Source of the DNA: an uncultured Patescibacteria group bacterium
GTDB lineage: Bacteria > Patescibacteriota > Microgenomatia > UBA10105 > UBA927
Assembly: GCA_937921305.1 (NCBI GenBank)
Contig: CAKZSU010000003.1
Span: 116,599 to 180,598, forward strand
Direction of reading: 5' to 3'
DNA: 64,000 nucleotides
The notes under the pieces were generated by a model, which made no database searches, was not told the origin of the DNA, and saw only the letters and a list, made by a program, of their open reading frames with translations. Below are positions 10,632 through 20,380 of the stretch, piece after piece. A program made the translations under genes and the position numbers. Numbering within the stretch: position 1 is the first letter of the stretch; each line of letters starts with the position of its first letter.

Positions 10632-11537
10632 TTACATCTGACGCAAGCGTTTAATTCGATCTTCAATAGGAGGGTGAGTATTGAACAAATTCGCAAACCA
10701 TGCGTGGAACTCTTTTCCTTTGAATGGATTCGTGATATATAGGTGCGCTGTCGCGTTTGTCGCAGCTTCAAGCACTTCTCGATCTTTACTCAATTTTTCT
10801 AACGCTCGAGCCAAACCTTCTGGATTCCGCGTGAGATATGCAGCGGAGGCGTCGGCTAAATATTCTCTCCGTCTTGAAATTGCAAGCTGAATAAGCATCG
10901 CGATGATTGGAGAAATAATCGCCAATATGATACCAATAATAAGAAGAAGGCTTCCATTACTTTCTCTTTGTTCACTTCTTCTACTTCCGCCTCCCCACCA
11001 CAATGAGTGCGAAAACATATCCGCAAGAAACGCCACAGTGCCAACAAGAATAGAAACGATCAGCATTAACCGAATATCATAATTTTTGATATGTGCGATT
11101 TCGTGAGCAACCACGCCTTCTATTTCGCTTCGATCAAGGCGAGAAAGAAGTCCTGTCGTCGCGCAGACAACGCCATGCTTCGGATCTCTCCCTGTCGCAA
11201 AGGCATTCATGGCAGTATCATCGATAACATATAATTTTGGCATCGGAATGCCAGCGGCAATAGAAATGTTTTCTGCGACAGTAAAAAAATCAAAATCTCG
11301 CGTTCGGTCAGCTGGACGAGCGCCAGACATGCTCAAAACGATTTTGTCTCCCCAATAATAACTCACGAAGTTTGAAAAAAACGCGATCGCCAACCCAATC
11401 CATATCCATGAAGAACCATATCCCAACGCGTAGCCAAAAATATAGGAGACAACAACGACGAAGACCGAGAATGCCGCCATGATGAGATAGGTCTTCCAAA
11501 TATTTGATTCAATCTGCGAACGAATAGAAGTTTTCAT
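10632..11537 (-). CDS. htpX: M48 family zinc metalloprotease HtpX
   Basis: [10 protein letters not shown] (HExxH) motif, N-terminal TM helices and a size typical of HtpX. Confidence 0.85.
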   Translation of the reverse strand: MKTSIRSQIESNIWKTYLIMAAFSVFVVVVSYIFGYALGYGSSWIWIGLAIAFFSNFVSYYWGDKIVLSMSGARPADRTRDFDFFTVAENISIAAGIPMPKLYVIDDTAMNAFATGRDPKHGVVCATTGLLSRLDRSEIEGVVAHEIAHIKNYDIRLMLIVSILVGTVAFLADMFSHSLWWGGGSRRSEQRESNGSLLLIIGIILAIISPIIAMLIQLAISRRREYLADASAAYLTRNPEGLARALEKLSKDREVLEAATNATAHLYITNPFKGKEFHAWFANLFNTHPPIEDRIKRLRQM

Positions 11538-12097
11538 TTGAAACTAACTTTTGGAGCTTTTCGTTCTTCTTCTGAATCTGTTTTAAAGAATTCTTCTTCT
11601 TTGAATCCAAACATGTTCGCAACAAACACCGATGGAATCGTTTTAATCTTCACATTGTATTCCATGACCGTTGTGTTGTAGTATTGTCTCGCGTACGCGA
11701 CTTTGTCTTCCGTATCTCCGAGTTCTCGTTGCAATTGAAGAAAATTTTCATTCGCCCGTAATTGAGGATATGCTTCAGCGACAGCAAATAGTTTTCCCAA
11801 CGCTTGCGTTAAAAAATCATCGGCGATCGCTTTGTCATGAGCGCCTTTGGCGTCCATCAACGCTGTTCTTGCTTTTGTCACATTTTCCAACACATCTTTT
11901 TCGTGCTTCGCATATCCTTTGACTGTTTCAACAAGGTTTGGAATAAGTTCCGCTCTTCGCTTCAACTGCACATCGATTTGACTAAACGCTTCTTTGATTT
12001 GCTCCCGCAGGCGAACTAATGTGTTGTATAACATTAATCCATACAACACGATTCCACCAATGATTAAAAGAATGATAACAAGAGAAGATAGTGTCAT
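11534..12097 (-). CDS. lemA: LemA family membrane protein
   Basis: N-terminal TM helix followed by [43 protein letters not shown], which is LemA-like. Its 4-nt overlap with htpX reproduces the common lemA-htpX pairing. Confidence 0.8.
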   Translation of the reverse strand: MTLSSLVIILLIIGGIVLYGLMLYNTLVRLREQIKEAFSQIDVQLKRRAELIPNLVETVKGYAKHEKDVLENVTKARTALMDAKGAHDKAIADDFLTQALGKLFAVAEAYPQLRANENFLQLQRELGDTEDKVAYARQYYNTTVMEYNVKIKTIPSVFVANMFGFKEEEFFKTDSEEERKAPKVSFK

Positions 12098-12152
12098 ACT
12101 GCATTTCCCTTCTTAAGCTTTATATATAACATGATTTAATCATCTGCGCAAC

Positions 12153-13931
12153 CTACGTTTTCACAAACCATCTGTGAAACACGTCTCGATAGCGCGTATT
12201 AACCACATGACGAGGCTCCACCCACCCCCTTCTCGCGACATCGACGCCATAACGCATGAATTCCATTTGATGAACCTCATGCGAGTCTGTGTCGATACAA
12301 AGAGACACTCCCATGTTTATCGCGTCTCGAACCAATAAATCAGGAAGATCAAGTCGATCTGGATACGCGTTGATCTCCATGGCAATATCTCGTTCTTTTG
12401 CAACTCGCATAATTTCCTTCCAATCTGCATCTATTCCTTCTCGTTTCAATAACAATCTTCCCGTCGGATGCCCATAGATTCGCACTTTCGGATGCGCGGT
12501 TAATGCAGAAATAATCCGACGCGTCATATCTTGTTTGTTTTGACGAAACGAAGAATGAATAGATACGATAGCGCCATCAACAAATTCAAACGCCTCCACA
12601 GGAAGAGCAAGTGTTCCATCGGGAAGAATATCGACTTCGCACAAAATATAGAGTGATACTGACGCGTCTTTTGTATTTTTTTTCCACAGCGCATACTGCT
12701 CTTGATACCATGCATATCGTTGTTCCATGATAATTGCGATTTCTTTCGCAGACATGCCGGTGATCTTCGGATTATGATCGGCGATACCGATATAGTCATA
12801 CCCCAACGCATGAGCAAAAGAGAGATGATCATGAACATGACTTTGGCCAAGATCATGAGATGTTGGAAACGCGTAATTTGTATGCATATGCAAATCGCCT
12901 TTTATATCATCAACATGAATGAGGTTTGGAAGGATTCCTTGCATAGCTACCTCTATCTCCCCTCTATCTTCTCGAAGCTCCGGAGAAATCCATGGCAATC
13001 CAAGCGCGCGATAAAGATCTTCTTCTGTTTCGCACTCTCGCACCTCTCCTGTTTTTACATGTTTTACGCCGTACTCCGATACACTCAATCCTTGTTCCTG
13101 TGCGTACGAACGAAGGTGAATATTGTGATGTTTTGATCCGGTAAAGTATTGAAGCATCGCGCCATATCTTCGCCGATCATGAACACGAAGATCCACTTGC
13201 CTTCCGTTATGCAACACAATTGTGGCCCCATGATCTCCTTGATCAATAATGGTTTGATGAGGAAACCGAAGAAAATGCTTGATTACATCTTCTGGTTTAT
13301 CGGCAACACACGCGATGTCAATATCCCCAATCGTCGCCACACGCCTTCGGAGACTTCCCAACGCATCCACCCGTTGAACAGCAGGATGACGCTTCATGTG
13401 AGAAATAACTTCTTGAGCAATCTGATCAGCATCATACAACGAAACTCTCTGCTCTTTAATCGATCCTTTTTCATACAACATGATACCTTCTAAAATAAGC
13501 TGTTCTGACTTTTCCCCAAAGCCTTCCAATTCAGCAATTTTATGCTCCTCGATTAAACGCTTTATATCTTCAAACACAGTCTTCGGATCTTTCAGATGAA
13601 ATGCCTGAACAAGACGATACGCTTTTTTTGGACCAATGCCGGGAACAAGCAGGAGAGGAAACACCGTTGAAGGCACTTTTGATAATACTTCATTGAAATG
13701 ACAAGATTGTCCTGTTCGAAAGAGTTCATCAAGATGTTTTGCAATCGCTTGTCCAATTCCAGGTATCTCGTAAATTTTTCCTTCTTGCCATAACTCCATC
13801 ACTTCTGACGTGAGATGCTCAACGCTTTCTGCGGCCTTATCATACGCGATAATTTTAAATTTATTCTCTCCAAGAATGGTATATGAGGCGGAAATGTTTT
13901 TGAGAAGTTGAGCAAGTTCTTTATTGGTCAT
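12153..13931 (-). CDS. polX: DNA polymerase X family protein with C-terminal PHP phosphoesterase domain
   Basis: HhH motifs (GIGQAIAKHL, GIGPKKAYRL), a pol-beta nucleotidyltransferase motif (GSLRRRVATIGDIDIA) and a C-terminal PHP domain (DLHMHTNYAFPTSHD). Confidence 0.85.
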   Translation of the reverse strand: MTNKELAQLLKNISASYTILGENKFKIIAYDKAAESVEHLTSEVMELWQEGKIYEIPGIGQAIAKHLDELFRTGQSCHFNEVLSKVPSTVFPLLLVPGIGPKKAYRLVQAFHLKDPKTVFEDIKRLIEEHKIAELEGFGEKSEQLILEGIMLYEKGSIKEQRVSLYDADQIAQEVISHMKRHPAVQRVDALGSLRRRVATIGDIDIACVADKPEDVIKHFLRFPHQTIIDQGDHGATIVLHNGRQVDLRVHDRRRYGAMLQYFTGSKHHNIHLRSYAQEQGLSVSEYGVKHVKTGEVRECETEEDLYRALGLPWISPELREDRGEIEVAMQGILPNLIHVDDIKGDLHMHTNYAFPTSHDLGQSHVHDHLSFAHALGYDYIGIADHNPKITGMSAKEIAIIMEQRYAWYQEQYALWKKNTKDASVSLYILCEVDILPDGTLALPVEAFEFVDGAIVSIHSSFRQNKQDMTRRIISALTAHPKVRIYGHPTGRLLLKREGIDADWKEIMRVAKERDIAMEINAYPDRLDLPDLLVRDAINMGVSLCIDTDSHEVHQMEFMRYGVDVARRGWVEPRHVVNTRYRDVFHRWFVKT

Positions 13932-13964
13932 GAATCTATGAATAAAATGAAGGCAAAAATTTTG

Positions 13965-14038
13965 CGGACCTGAGCGGATTCGAACCGCCGATCTTCGCCG
14001 TGACAGGGCGACGTGTTAGGCCTCTACACCACAGGTCC
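13965..14038 (-). tRNA. tRNA-Asp (anticodon GTC)
   Basis: The reverse complement of 13965-14038 folds as a cloverleaf: acceptor GGACCTG/CAGGTCC, anticodon stem TCGCC/GGCGA, loop CTGTCAC and T-arm GGCGGTTCGAATCCGC. Confidence 0.8.
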
Positions 14039-14241
14039 AGGTTTGTATATGATAACACATCATAGCATATTTTAACATCAACACTATTTTCCCTCTTGCA
14101 AACCTGATCAAAGTATGTAAGTATATTTACAAACTGGATCAAAACAGCTGTTGCGACTTCACAAAGAGCAACTTCAATGAAGTTATACATTACTCTTGCC
14201 CACGCATATTCGTACTAAAAGAAACAATAAGGAGGAAAAGT

Positions 14242-14919
14242 ATGGCGTCAAAATCATCAAAAACAGAAAAAACAGAGAGAAATAAAATTTTTGATGACAA
14301 ACCCATGAATGAACAACACAACGAAGATCCTGAACCAAAAATCTCTACAATAGAAAATATTATCTCTGTGATACTTGGAATCGCGGTAGTCATCGTGATA
14401 GGAGTGATGGTTATCAATGTCATACGGAATAGAGAAACAAAGCAAACAACGAACAACAAAGAAAAACAAGAACAAACAACTACAGAAGCAACAATCTCGG
14501 CTCATCATGTGGTGCAAGAAGGAGAAACACTCTGGGGAATAGCGGAGAAATACTATAACGATGGATTTAAATATAAAGAAATTCTAAAAGCGAATAATCT
14601 ACAAGAAGGATCTCGCATAGAAAAAGGGCAAAAGCTTGTCATTCCCAAAGTAGAAAAAGATCTTGCTCAAGAATCAACAACACCATCAGCAACTCCAACA
14701 TCTGGCCCAATAGGACCAACGGGAAAGACAGAGGAACAAAAAGAGACGATACTCTCATCCTCATCGGATAAGCAATATACGGTCGTAAGAGGAGATACGC
14801 TCTGGAACATATGTGTCAAACACTATAATAATGGGTATAAATGGATTGAGGTTGCGAAGGCGAACAATCTAAAAAATCCTCACCTCATCCATGCGGGGAA
14901 TGTCCTTATTCTTCCGTAA
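14242..14919 (+). CDS. membrane-anchored protein with two LysM peptidoglycan-binding domains
   Basis: Strong RBS (AAGGAGGAAAAGTATG), an N-terminal TM helix and two LysM repeats (HVVQEGETLWGIAEKYY... and YTVVRGDTLWNICVKHY...). Confidence 0.85.
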   Translation: MASKSSKTEKTERNKIFDDKPMNEQHNEDPEPKISTIENIISVILGIAVVIVIGVMVINVIRNRETKQTTNNKEKQEQTTTEATISAHHVVQEGETLWGIAEKYYNDGFKYKEILKANNLQEGSRIEKGQKLVIPKVEKDLAQESTTPSATPTSGPIGPTGKTEEQKETILSSSSDKQYTVVRGDTLWNICVKHYNNGYKWIEVAKANNLKNPHLIHAGNVLILP

Positions 14920-14942
14920 AAACACAGCCACTGCCTCTTGTC

Positions 14943-14963
14943 ATGCTGAATGTGTTTCAGCAT
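14943..14963 (+). terminator. possible intrinsic terminator after the LysM gene
   Basis: 8-bp stem ATGCTGAA/TTCAGCAT with a TGTGT loop 24 nt after the stop. The downstream U-tract is weak. Confidence 0.25.
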
Positions 14964-15147
14964 CTTGCAAAGTTTGAAAATATACTTCCTTCTATGGAAA
15001 TTTTAGATTCTAAATCACGTTCAGGATGATATAAGAGAAAATTCGTGATGACGAAAAATAGCATTACGATGACACAAGAAGAAGTTCAAATTAAAAATTA
15101 AAACACGAACAACAAACTCTCTCCATGTATTTCTTTCATAAATAGAG

Positions 15148-15153
15148 TATAAT
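15148..15153 (+). promoter_or_regulatory. candidate -10 box (TATAAT) for the tRNA-Gly/tRNA-Thr pair
   Basis: Perfect TATAAT 15 nt upstream of the tRNA-Gly 5' end. No convincing -35 element. Confidence 0.25.
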
Positions 15154-15168
15154 TTTATGCAAGTATCT

Positions 15169-15240
15169 GCGGCGGTAGTTCAGTGGTAGAATGTCTGCTT
15201 CCCAAGCAGAAGGTCGCCGGTTCAAATCCGGTCCGCCGCT
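15169..15240 (+). tRNA. tRNA-Gly (anticodon CCC)
   Basis: Acceptor GCGGCGG/CCGCCGC, anticodon stem TCTGC/GCAGA with loop TTCCCAA, and T-arm GCCGGTTCAAATCCGGT. Confidence 0.8.
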
Positions 15241-15249
15241 CACTCTCCC

Positions 15250-15320
15250 GCCCCTTTAGCTTAGTGGCAAAGCAGCGGTATCGTAAACCGCGGACGTCAG
15301 TTCGATTCTGACAAGGGGCT
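15250..15320 (+). tRNA. tRNA-Thr (anticodon CGT)
   Basis: Acceptor GCCCCTT/AAGGGGC, anticodon stem GCGGT/ACCGC with loop ATCGTAA, and T-arm GTCAGTTCGATTCTGAC. It lies 9 nt after tRNA-Gly. Confidence 0.75.
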
Positions 15321-15389
15321 CATATACACCGTTAATTCACACCGACGCTTCATCTTCTTTTCATCTTTTTTTGCTTTTATCGATTCTAT

Positions 15390-16052
15390 ATGAACATCAA
15401 AAATCTTCCCCATGTGGATCGTCCTCGAGAAAAACTCCAAAAATACGGCCCCAAAAAACTCACAAATACCGAACTTCTTGCAATCCTTCTGAGAACAGGA
15501 ACAAAAGACATGAATGTTATTGAACTTTCTTCACGTGTTCTAAAAATAATACACAGCGCCAATCTTCCAAACATAACTATCGACGTGTTAACACGTATAA
15601 AAGGACTAGGGACGACAAAAGCGTGCGAAATTATCGCGGCGATGGAATTAGGAAAACGACTGCTCAAGGATCCCGAACCTCCTCAAATCGTTTCTCCACA
15701 AAGAGTATATGAATCATTAAAAACTATCGCGAATCACAAAAAAGAACATTTTATCGCAATATACCTTGACACGCGCAACAGGGAAATAACGAGGGAAATT
15801 ATTTCTGTCGGCACGCTTAATGCAAGCATTGCCCATCCGCGTGAAGTCTTCGAACCGGCGATTCGCCTTCTCGCGAACGCGGTTATCGTCGCGCATAATC
15901 ATCCCTCGGGAGACCCGACACCGTCTCAGCACGATATCGATATCACAAAGCGGTTGCATGAAGCAGGAAAACTTCTTGACATACAGCTTCTTGATCATAT
16001 AATCATCACACCAACTTCGTACATTAGCTTTCATGAAATTGGTATGGTGTAA
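15390..16052 (+). CDS. radC: RadC-like JAB domain protein (UPF0758)
   Basis: N-terminal HhH-like region and a C-terminal JAMM motif HNHPSGDPTPSQHD. Confidence 0.85.
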   Translation: MNIKNLPHVDRPREKLQKYGPKKLTNTELLAILLRTGTKDMNVIELSSRVLKIIHSANLPNITIDVLTRIKGLGTTKACEIIAAMELGKRLLKDPEPPQIVSPQRVYESLKTIANHKKEHFIAIYLDTRNREITREIISVGTLNASIAHPREVFEPAIRLLANAVIVAHNHPSGDPTPSQHDIDITKRLHEAGKLLDIQLLDHIIITPTSYISFHEIGMV

Positions 16053-16116
16053 CTACTATAGCCCTCTTTACTGTTTGTTTCTCTTATTTAAGGTTTGACT
16101 CCTTATCATTCTTACT

Positions 16117-16584
16117 ATGTTTTCTGAACGATATCATCATTTCTCATCATTATCATACAATCTTAAAAACGGTCCGCACAGAGAACAGTTCTACGAACGT
16201 GTATGGGAAGAAGGGATCAACTGTCAAGGACTGCTCCATCTTTTTTATTATCATGTGTTTGGAAAACAACTTCCTTCGTCGCTCCGGTCAAAAGAACTCT
16301 ACGACGATGAAACGCTGTTTCAAACACTTGATCAAGACGCAACTCCTCGCTTTGGCGATGCGTATCTCTTTGGAAGAGAAAACCTTCAGGACATGCGAAA
16401 ACTGCATATTGCTATCCTTGTTGAACCGAACAATGGATTACTTCTTCACGCGACACCCATTGCGTCTGGTGTCGCCATCTGGCCGATTGAAACATTCTTC
16501 ACTCATGAACGATACGCACAGATCTACCGAATAAAACGATTCAAAGAAGAACTACCATTACCAACACCGCAAAACCATGTATAA
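16117..16584 (+). CDS. cytoplasmic NlpC/P60-like (papain-fold) protein
   Basis: A Cys-containing INCQGLL segment resembles the NlpC/P60 nucleophile motif. GDAYLFG and HIAILVEPNNGLLLHAT fit the downstream His segments. No signal peptide. Confidence 0.45.
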   Translation: MFSERYHHFSSLSYNLKNGPHREQFYERVWEEGINCQGLLHLFYYHVFGKQLPSSLRSKELYDDETLFQTLDQDATPRFGDAYLFGRENLQDMRKLHIAILVEPNNGLLLHATPIASGVAIWPIETFFTHERYAQIYRIKRFKEELPLPTPQNHV

Positions 16585-16603
16585 TCATATTGAATGATAA
16601 TGT

Positions 16604-17329
16604 ATGAAACAACAACTTTCTTCACGACTTGCTAGATTTGAAGAAAAAAAACTAAAAACGAGACTCTTATTTGCTGTTATTGGAACACTTCTCGTCATCA
16701 CGTTATTAGTGGTCTTTGGATTTCGTTTAATGATCAGTTTTTTTATATTTCTTGATCAGATGAGAGGAAAAAAAAGCTCGACAAACCAATCACCGTCAAC
16801 GGTGCTTGTCATTCCTCCCTATCTTGATCCTCTTCCTGCTGCGACCATGTCCGGAAAACTTATAATTACTGGTAGAGGCCAAGCAAACGCAACGATCATT
16901 CTGTATATCAACGACTCGGAAACAAAACGAGAAACAATTTCCGACGATGGAACGTTCTCAATCACTTCTCAAAACCTTCCCGAAGGTTCATACACAATCC
17001 GAGCAAAAACCACTGACAGTAACGGAAATACGAGTAATTTTTCCAATACCATTACAACAATAATTAAAAAACGCCCGCCACTTCTTGAAATTTCGTCTCC
17101 GGTCGACGACATGATGATTACCGGAGACGATAATATTCTTCAGATAGAAGGCAAAACCGATGAAGGCGTTGATATTCGCGTCAATGATCGGTTTGTTATC
17201 GTAAAACCAGATGGATCATTTATCTATCCATACCCATTGGAAGAAGGAGAAAATATCTTGACCATTCAAGCGATTGATCAAGCCGGAAATATCACAAAAG
17301 TTGAAAAAATCGTAACATATAAAAAATAA
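16604..17329 (+). CDS. membrane-anchored protein with bacterial Ig-like (Big) repeats
   Basis: TM helix LLFAVIGTLLVITLLVVFGF followed by two beta-rich repeats rich in T/S/N/G, with an Ig-like pattern. Confidence 0.5.
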   Translation: MKQQLSSRLARFEEKKLKTRLLFAVIGTLLVITLLVVFGFRLMISFFIFLDQMRGKKSSTNQSPSTVLVIPPYLDPLPAATMSGKLIITGRGQANATIILYINDSETKRETISDDGTFSITSQNLPEGSYTIRAKTTDSNGNTSNFSNTITTIIKKRPPLLEISSPVDDMMITGDDNILQIEGKTDEGVDIRVNDRFVIVKPDGSFIYPYPLEEGENILTIQAIDQAGNITKVEKIVTYKK

Positions 17330-17333
17330 TAAT

Positions 17334-18503
17334 TTATCGTCTCCTTGTTTGTTTTTCTATGCTCCCAACCATAATCCAAACCAATACAAGTATCCACGGG
17401 TACAACATGCTGTTGTTAAAGAAACTATGAAGCAAAATCGAGACGAACGCGGAAATTATAGCGTATGCAGTTATGTCTTGTATCAATAGAACAATCCGAA
17501 CAATATGAAATACAAGATACAGAAACAATGAAAATCCCACGATTCCTGTTGTTACAAAAATGACCATTAAACTGCTATTCAAACCTCCGGCGTCTCGAGA
17601 AATAATTCCATCCATGTCAAGCATTCGTTCTCGCGTGGCGTGAAATCGCAACATGTTATACCCAATCCCAAAGATTGGCGCGATCCTCGCGGCGGCGACG
17701 CTTTTTGTATAGCTCTCTATCCGCGCCAACGTTGAATCTGACCGAAGCAATCGATTAGTATCCACGCCGTACGACGGAATCAACGCGTAAATAATGCCAG
17801 CAAAGATAAGAATGCCAAGCAAGAAAAATTTTCTTGTACACAACACAAAGACAATCAACGCCCCGATAAACGCGACAAAAGAACTTCGAGAATGCGTTAA
17901 CATAATCGAAACAAGCACAATACCCTGCATGACAAACCATGTGAATGATGATTTTTTTGCCACATACGACAATCCAAAAAAAAATGAAACGACCAGAAAT
18001 AATCCAGCAAAATTTGGATCAAGAAATGTTGAAAACAATCGATAATAATGTTCATCCCATCCTCGATCAAGAAAACTTCGAAGACTTGGAAAGAATACGT
18101 ATTGAACGATCCCAATAATCGCGAATGCAACGCCAACAAGATAGATACTTCGTCTCCAAATAATCGGAGATATATGGTCATTTACAACGACGATATACAA
18201 CCCAAAATACATCAGAAATCGCCAAAGATATAATGAACCCAGAAGTAATTGAACATGCGAAAATCCCCCAATGTTTAATAACAAAGAAACACATGCCGCG
18301 GAGGCGAAATATATCATCGGACGGATAAGATCTCCCTTTATTGAAACAATCTTTTTACGACGAATGGTCCGAAACAAAAAGAACAAAAGCATTAACAATA
18401 TAACGACATCATGCAGAAACACGCGAACACCGGGAGTGATATCAATTCCCCCAAATTGCCCAAGCAATAACGCGATGTACAGTGCGATATGCAAAATATT
18501 CAT
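17334..18503 (-). CDS. O-antigen ligase / Wzy-like polytopic membrane protein
   Basis: 389 aa with ~10-12 TM helices and a central loop, at the start of the glycosyltransferase locus. Assignment by architecture only. Confidence 0.45.
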   Translation of the reverse strand: MNILHIALYIALLLGQFGGIDITPGVRVFLHDVVILLMLLFFLFRTIRRKKIVSIKGDLIRPMIYFASAACVSLLLNIGGFSHVQLLLGSLYLWRFLMYFGLYIVVVNDHISPIIWRRSIYLVGVAFAIIGIVQYVFFPSLRSFLDRGWDEHYYRLFSTFLDPNFAGLFLVVSFFFGLSYVAKKSSFTWFVMQGIVLVSIMLTHSRSSFVAFIGALIVFVLCTRKFFLLGILIFAGIIYALIPSYGVDTNRLLRSDSTLARIESYTKSVAAARIAPIFGIGYNMLRFHATRERMLDMDGIISRDAGGLNSSLMVIFVTTGIVGFSLFLYLVFHIVRIVLLIQDITAYAIISAFVSILLHSFFNNSMLYPWILVLVWIMVGSIEKQTRRR

Positions 18504-19240
18504 GAACGAGACTGCGCAAGATACAATTTCGCTCTTGCGAGAAATGAATGAAGACTCATCATAAACGCCATAATCGTTCCCTCTGTTCCATCTCGAAACC
18601 CTTGACGAAGAACATAATTATACAAAAATTTTCCCAGTGGATACGCGACAATATCAACTACTGATACGCGAGTTCCTATTTTTTTTAGCTCTTCCGCATG
18701 AAGCGTCGAATATCTGTTTATGTCGTCAATAAATGATCGAATGGTTGGATGCGAATAATGCAGAAGCGGATGGCGAAGATCGCCGATTCGTCCTTTGATA
18801 TCCCACACTTCATGAACCGATCTTTTCCAAACACCCGAGTCTTTTTTTCCTAAACGAAGCAATCGCACACGCGCGGTTTCTCCGAATCGTAACTGTTTTC
18901 CAAAAAATATATCCTGCCGTTTCAGCCTATATCCCACATATGTATCGGTTTGTATCGCGTGTTGTATGTCATCTCGCAAACCAGAGGAGACCACTTCATC
19001 AGAATCAACAAATAATATCCACTCTCCCCTTGCTTTCTCCAATGCAAAATTTCTCTGAAATGCAAAATTATTATGAAGAGAATGACGAATCACGCGAGCG
19101 CCATATCCTTTCGCGATCATCCGCGTGTCATCTGTTGAATCGTCGTCAATAACAACAATTTCATCACACCATGAAAGCGAATCAAGACAGTGAACAATCG
19201 TGTCTTGATTGTTTTTGGTCAATACGACGGCGGATATCAT
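18500..19240 (-). CDS. family 2 glycosyltransferase
   Basis: AVVLTKNNQDTIVHCLDSL...VVIDDDSTDDT...FVDSDEV matches GT2 (DxD/DXSXD). Confidence 0.8.
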   Translation of the reverse strand: MISAVVLTKNNQDTIVHCLDSLSWCDEIVVIDDDSTDDTRMIAKGYGARVIRHSLHNNFAFQRNFALEKARGEWILFVDSDEVVSSGLRDDIQHAIQTDTYVGYRLKRQDIFFGKQLRFGETARVRLLRLGKKDSGVWKRSVHEVWDIKGRIGDLRHPLLHYSHPTIRSFIDDINRYSTLHAEELKKIGTRVSVVDIVAYPLGKFLYNYVLRQGFRDGTEGTIMAFMMSLHSFLARAKLYLAQSRS

Positions 19241-19276
19241 GAAGCAATTGTATCATTGTTTCGATATACTACGCAC

Positions 19277-20380
19277 ATGACATGGGGAAAATATACGTTC
19301 CTTTTCATTATTATAGTATACCTCGCGCTCTACTTCACGAAAGCGATCTATCTTGGCAAAACAGTCTATGGAGACGGCGTCTATTATTATGCATGGATGC
19401 GATCGCTCATCGTCGATCGAGATATCAATTTTGATAATGACTATGCGATGCTTGGAGGGGCGCAACCATCAACGCCTGACGGAAGAATAGGGAATGTGTA
19501 TCCCATCGGACCACCGTTGCTTTGGTCCCCATTCTTTGTTTTTGTCCATCAAATTCTAAAAGGAGACGGCTTTTCATTCACTTATCAAATATTTACTGGA
19601 TTGATCGCGTGTTTATACGCGATCGCCGGCCTTGTGTTGCTGTATCGATTGCTCGCATCTTCTGTTCAACCCCACATCGCAATTTTTACTATTTACGGCA
19701 TCGCGTTTGGTACGAATATGTTTTTTTACGGATCACTTGATACCATCACCTCTCATAGCATTTCGTTTTTTCTTTCTGTTGTCGCTCTTACGTTTTCGCT
19801 TCAAGGAAGCTCGTCGTTTCTGCTCGGCGCTTCACTCGGATTGCTCGCTTCCACAAGAACGCAAGATATCATCTATATGCTGCTCGCCTTGCCAATCCTT
19901 ATCCGTCAAAGATCCATTCAAACACTCATCCGTCTTGGATTGGGATGGTTTCTTGGATTTGCTCCAGAACTCTTCGCGTGGCAACTGCTCTATGGAACGA
20001 TTCTGAAAAGTCCGTATCTTGATGACTATCACTATTTTGACTGGTTTCATCCTCATCTTCTTGACACGCTTTTATCTTCAAACAATGGACTCTTTTTTTG
20101 GACGCCGCTCGTCGCGTTTTGCCTTCTTGGACTTATCCTGAAGAGAAAGTGGCTATTTCTTTTGATCTTTTTGCTTCAATGGTATCTCATCTCGTCGTGG
20201 TCGTTTTGGTGGCAAGGCGCGTCATTTAGCGGAAGAATGTTTATCAGTTTTCTCCCCCTCGCGTCGTTTGGGCTTGCATCTTTTTTACAACAATTCAACA
20301 AGACTGTTCAACTTCTTTTTATTGGATATTTCTCAATACACACAACCATCGCTATTCTTTTTTACCTTCTTCACACCTAA
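19277..20380 (+). CDS. polytopic membrane protein, putative GT-C fold glycosyltransferase (PMT/ArnT-like)
   Basis: ~10 TM helices. The ATG at 19277 (MTWGKYTFLF...) is preferred; the listed GTG at 19190 would overlap the divergent GT2 start. It is the only plus-strand gene in the locus. Confidence 0.45.
   Translation: MTWGKYTFLFIIIVYLALYFTKAIYLGKTVYGDGVYYYAWMRSLIVDRDINFDNDYAMLGGAQPSTPDGRIGNVYPIGPPLLWSPFFVFVHQILKGDGFSFTYQIFTGLIACLYAIAGLVLLYRLLASSVQPHIAIFTIYGIAFGTNMFFYGSLDTITSHSISFFLSVVALTFSLQGSSSFLLGASLGLLASTRTQDIIYMLLALPILIRQRSIQTLIRLGLGWFLGFAPELFAWQLLYGTILKSPYLDDYHYFDWFHPHLLDTLLSSNNGLFFWTPLVAFCLLGLILKRKWLFLLIFLLQWYLISSWSFWWQGASFSGRMFISFLPLASFGLASFLQQFNKTVQLLFIGYFSIHTTIAILFYLLHT

Noticed and set aside
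13936-14190. 84-aa minus-strand ORF
   Set aside because: It overlaps tRNA-Asp entirely and has no RBS. Spurious.
14039-14241. Sigma-70 promoter for the LysM gene (TTGCAA ... TAAGTAT)
   Set aside because: Spacing and -10 quality are poor. Not reported as a feature.
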